Assembly (NCBI RefSeq): GCF_964204645.1
Contig: NC_134028.1
Location: forward strand, 19,475,653-19,539,652
Direction: 5' to 3'
Length of the DNA stretch: 64,000 nt
Source of the DNA: Tubulanus polymorphus
Lineage: Eukaryota; Animalia; Nemertea
Of the stretch, positions 60,995 through 64,000 are shown piece after piece. The translations under genes and the position numbers were made by a program. Positions within the stretch are counted from its first letter, which is position 1. Every line of letters begins with the position of its first letter. The notes beneath the pieces were generated by a model. That model ran no database searches, had not been told where the DNA came from, and saw only the letters and a program-made list of their open reading frames with translations.

Positions 60995-63211
60995 TTGATT
61001 TGTAACATGATAATTATGCCCCCCCCTCCTAAGGGTCAGCATCGTGGCGGGGAGGGATGCGGGCATTTGTTTGGCGCCTGGGACAACCACGATTCATGTG
61101 CGTCGTGCAGGCGCAAATCCGGTCAAATATGTGCAAGGAGCAATCCTTGCAAGATTTGCGTCGTGTGGTCCGAGGACCTTTGGCTTCGGGCCGATAAGGC
61201 TCTTAAACTAAGAGATCGTCGTCGAGTTAGCAGGGATTCGTCGGTTTCGGCCGATGTGCCAACCGACGTTTCTAATCCTGTTTCTTATCGTAAAGCGGAG
61301 CGGTCGCCGGTCGTCCAGGTACGATCGGCTTCCCAACTCCGTTCACCGGGGAGGAACGCTGGTTCACCGGCACCGGTCTCCGGTCATTCACCGGTCTCTG
61401 GTCGTTCACCGGTTCGGCCGGTTCAGACAACATGTTCGGAACCGAGCGCGCGCCGCGGTAGTCGCGAACGGCCCGCACCGGTTCGGTCGGTACCGGTCCG
61501 GTCCGGGTCGGGCATCGGTCCGGTTCGGTCCGGTTCGGCCACCGGTCCGGTCCAGACGTCGTCCGGTTCAAAACATCCGGTACGTTCATCGTCTGATTCT
61601 GATCGTCGCTCCGGGGATAGAGCTCGCTCTCCCACTAGATTTAGACGCCGTGAGCGTAATAAACGAGCAAGATCTCCTCGCAGATCAAGGTTTGATCGCG
61701 AGAGGGACTACGATCGTTATTGTCGGAAGTTTCGCCGTCGGTCTTCTCATCGTTCGTCGACGTCGGTTAGCGATGAAAGCGATCCTTCTAGTAGGTCGCG
61801 ATCCCGTTCGAGGGACCGTCACCGAAGTCGGCATGATCGTCGGGATACTGGAAAATACCTGACTCAGAAGGATCTCCATGTATTTGAGGAGAAAATTTTA
61901 AACTTGTTATCTTCGTCGCAACAAGTCGCTGCAACTTCTACAACAGGTAAGCCTATTCCTGATTGTCCGGTTAGAAGTTCGCCAGCCCACTCAGTTTTTC
62001 GGAATTCTGACTCTGAATTCCTGGATCCGGTCCCAGAAGCGGCAATTGCTTCTGGGGTCGTTCCTGTCGCAAGCAATTGTGGGTTGCCCCAGACGATGGG
62101 GGCTTCCCTGGCTCGCAATGTATCTCCGTCCCGTTCAGTTTTATCCGAACCAGCGGGGGACATGCCATTTAGAGCAATGATAAGTGAGTTCTTTGTCAAG
62201 CACGGGGCAACTCGCGCTAAGCCCACAGCAGCTCCTCTGGTCGGTGAGTCAATGGAAGCTTATCGCCCTCTTAACGTTTTACGGGAATCGTCAGCGGTTT
62301 CGAGAGAATGGGCTCGATTGGATACGCAATTATGGGGTGAATGTCGGCCTGGAACATTTTCATTTCCCCCTCCAGAACGGGGTATGAAATCTGGGAAATG
62401 TTTTAGTTCAACCGATCCACCTATAGGCGCATTTCGCTCGGCGTATTACGCAACTCCAGGTGCTGTGGATCACAGTCATAACTGCCTGGATGCTGATTAT
62501 ACTTTGATCAGCCCGGATACTGTTACAGCACAGTCGGGTATTCGTTTGCCTAAGTCCTGTTTGGTGGCCATGACGTCAATCCTGGACAATCTTACCAGGG
62601 TTGGTTCGTTTCAAGATATGGCACTTAAGGTGTTGACGGGTGAGCTTCGCGAGACTCACGCCGCCGTTCATGCGGGCTCCGACCCAGAGTCAGTTGCCCT
62701 AAAACTGGAGGGAATGGACCGGATTATCCAATCTTTGGCTCGGTCTGTTTCGCATGTAATTCCGTTGTCGGTTCGGGGTCAGGCTAATCTGGTGTTAGCC
62801 TCCCGTCAGTCAGTGATGGACTCCAGTTCCAAAACTCGTCTACCGTATATGGTGTCCAATGCTTTGCTGAGAGCCCCATTGGGGACGTCTTCACGTCTCT
62901 TCTCCGGTTGGTGCGCTCCGGTTTCCGCAGAGCTGAGGAAGATTCGGGAGGTTCAGGCCAAGTCCAACCCCCGGACTCCGTGGAAAAAGCGTTCTGGTCC
63001 GACGCCGGCGGCGCAAGGTTCGGCACGGACGCAAATAGGACCATCTCAAACTTCAGCGCTTTCTCAGGCGGCTTCGGATGCCGGTTGGAGAACTAGCGCG
63101 CAACTTCAACAATCGTGTCAAGCCTCGTCCGGTCGTAACAGTTCCGGTTCGTATCGAGGCATGGGGAAGGCTCCAAAAAGGGGCTCTTCCTTTCGGAAAA
63201 ACTCGAAATGA
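60995..63211 (+). CDS. DIRS gag-like ORF1 (N-terminal Cys/His finger, RS-rich region); likely ATG at 61007 or 61016
   Basis: CGH....DNHDSCASCR.....C...NPCKICVVWS motif typical of DIRS gag; 738-aa open frame. Confidence 0.8.
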   Translation: MICNMIIMPPPPKGQHRGGEGCGHLFGAWDNHDSCASCRRKSGQICARSNPCKICVVWSEDLWLRADKALKLRDRRRVSRDSSVSADVPTDVSNPVSYRKAERSPVVQVRSASQLRSPGRNAGSPAPVSGHSPVSGRSPVRPVQTTCSEPSARRGSRERPAPVRSVPVRSGSGIGPVRSGSATGPVQTSSGSKHPVRSSSDSDRRSGDRARSPTRFRRRERNKRARSPRRSRFDRERDYDRYCRKFRRRSSHRSSTSVSDESDPSSRSRSRSRDRHRSRHDRRDTGKYLTQKDLHVFEEKILNLLSSSQQVAATSTTGKPIPDCPVRSSPAHSVFRNSDSEFLDPVPEAAIASGVVPVASNCGLPQTMGASLARNVSPSRSVLSEPAGDMPFRAMISEFFVKHGATRAKPTAAPLVGESMEAYRPLNVLRESSAVSREWARLDTQLWGECRPGTFSFPPPERGMKSGKCFSSTDPPIGAFRSAYYATPGAVDHSHNCLDADYTLISPDTVTAQSGIRLPKSCLVAMTSILDNLTRVGSFQDMALKVLTGELRETHAAVHAGSDPESVALKLEGMDRIIQSLARSVSHVIPLSVRGQANLVLASRQSVMDSSSKTRLPYMVSNALLRAPLGTSSRLFSGWCAPVSAELRKIREVQAKSNPRTPWKKRSGPTPAAQGSARTQIGPSQTSALSQAASDAGWRTSAQLQQSCQASSGRNSSGSYRGMGKAPKRGSSFRKNSK

Positions 63212-63221
63212 ATTCTTGGGA

Positions 63222-64000
63222 CCAGTGGGAGGTTGTCTGCAGCAGGCAGCAACCCACTGGTCCGACCTCTTTGGAGACGGTTGGCCCTCCCGGGTCGTCT
63301 CTCGTGGCTACCGTCTCCGTTTCCTAAGGCGACCGCGCCTGATGAGGTCACCACCCGACATGCGGCCAAAACCAGGTCAGGAGCCCTTAATCTCTCCGGC
63401 TCTCAAGGAACTGGCAGAGAAGGGAGCGATAGAACCAGTTTGCAACGAAACTTCTCCCGGCTGGTTTTCTCGAATATTCATGGTACCAAAGGCCACAGGG
63501 GGTCAACGGACAGTAATAGATCTGTCATCCCTCAATCGGCACCTAGACATTCCAAGGTTCCGGATGACCAAGCCCAAGGACGTGATTCAAGGGCTCCGTC
63601 CGGGTCAATGGGCGGCTTCATTGGACCTGAAAGATGCTTACTTTCAGGTTCCAATTCACCCAAGATCTCGGCGATTTCTCAGGATAAAGTGGAAAGGCCG
63701 CCAGTTCCAATTCAGGTCTCTTCCATTTGGCCTCAGTACGGCCCCGTGGGTTTTCACCAAGTTGGTCAATTCAGTTCAGAAGGTACTTCAGTCAAGGGGT
63801 GTTCGACTGTTCGTTTACCTCGACGACTGGTTAATAGTCGCGAATTCGGCTCAGGAATGTCGGGAGGCAATGACCTCAGTCTTGGACTTAGTCCATCAGC
63901 TAGGGTTCCGCGTAAACAGGGAAAAATCTCAGTTGACGCCGGCCCAACAGTTCACTTATCTGGGCATGGACTTCGATCTCCGAATCGGCAAAGTCTTTCC
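63222..64000 (+). CDS. DIRS pol: reverse transcriptase (partial, runs off the window end)
   Basis: PVGGCL...GYRLRF...KGAIE...FSRIFMVPKATGG.R.VIDLSSLN...LDLKDAYFQVPIH...LPFGLSTAPWVFTK...YLDDWLI, in the +1 frame relative to gag. Confidence 0.92.

Larger units (their letters stand above)
60681..64000 (+). mobile_element. DIRS-type tyrosine-recombinase retrotransposon, 5' part (continues beyond the window)
   Basis: Abrupt shift to GC-rich sequence at ~60681, a gag-like ORF, and an overlapping RT ORF starting with PVGG. The exact left boundary is approximate. Confidence 0.85.

Noticed and set aside
61254-63369. Overlapping and antisense ORFs within DIRS gag
   Set aside because: Expected shadow ORFs in GC-rich coding sequence, with no recognisable motifs.

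Overview
AT-rich metazoan (invertebrate) genomic DNA with GT-AG spliced genes and many transposons; it is not prokaryotic. Four host genes can be assembled by hand on the + strand: a single-pass membrane protein with a tiny ectodomain (471-6565), a secreted CUB protein (7587-8588), a secreted Ig-domain protein (16981-20965) and a secreted tandem discoidin (F5/8C) protein (37569-47245). The most striking object is an ~8.8-kb DNA transposon (26461-35305). It is bounded by long inverted arrays of palindromic 30/144-bp modules and carries two convergent intron-containing genes: a DDE (IS3/integrase-like) transposase and an intact SAM + HECT E3 ubiquitin ligase. A non-autonomous copy with the same TATGG...CCATA ends and a perfect 6-bp TSD (54921-55478) shows the family has transposed. 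Also present: a full-length BEL/Pao LTR element (48264-54749); a Polinton/Maverick-like fragment whose terminal ~150 nt folds into a hairpin (57584-60680), with two derivative copies elsewhere; a DIRS element inserted into the Polinton ATPase; several decayed LINEs; MITEs; a hammerhead-like tandem repeat; and a foldback microsatellite. All exon models and family assignments come from reading the sequence by eye, without database searches.
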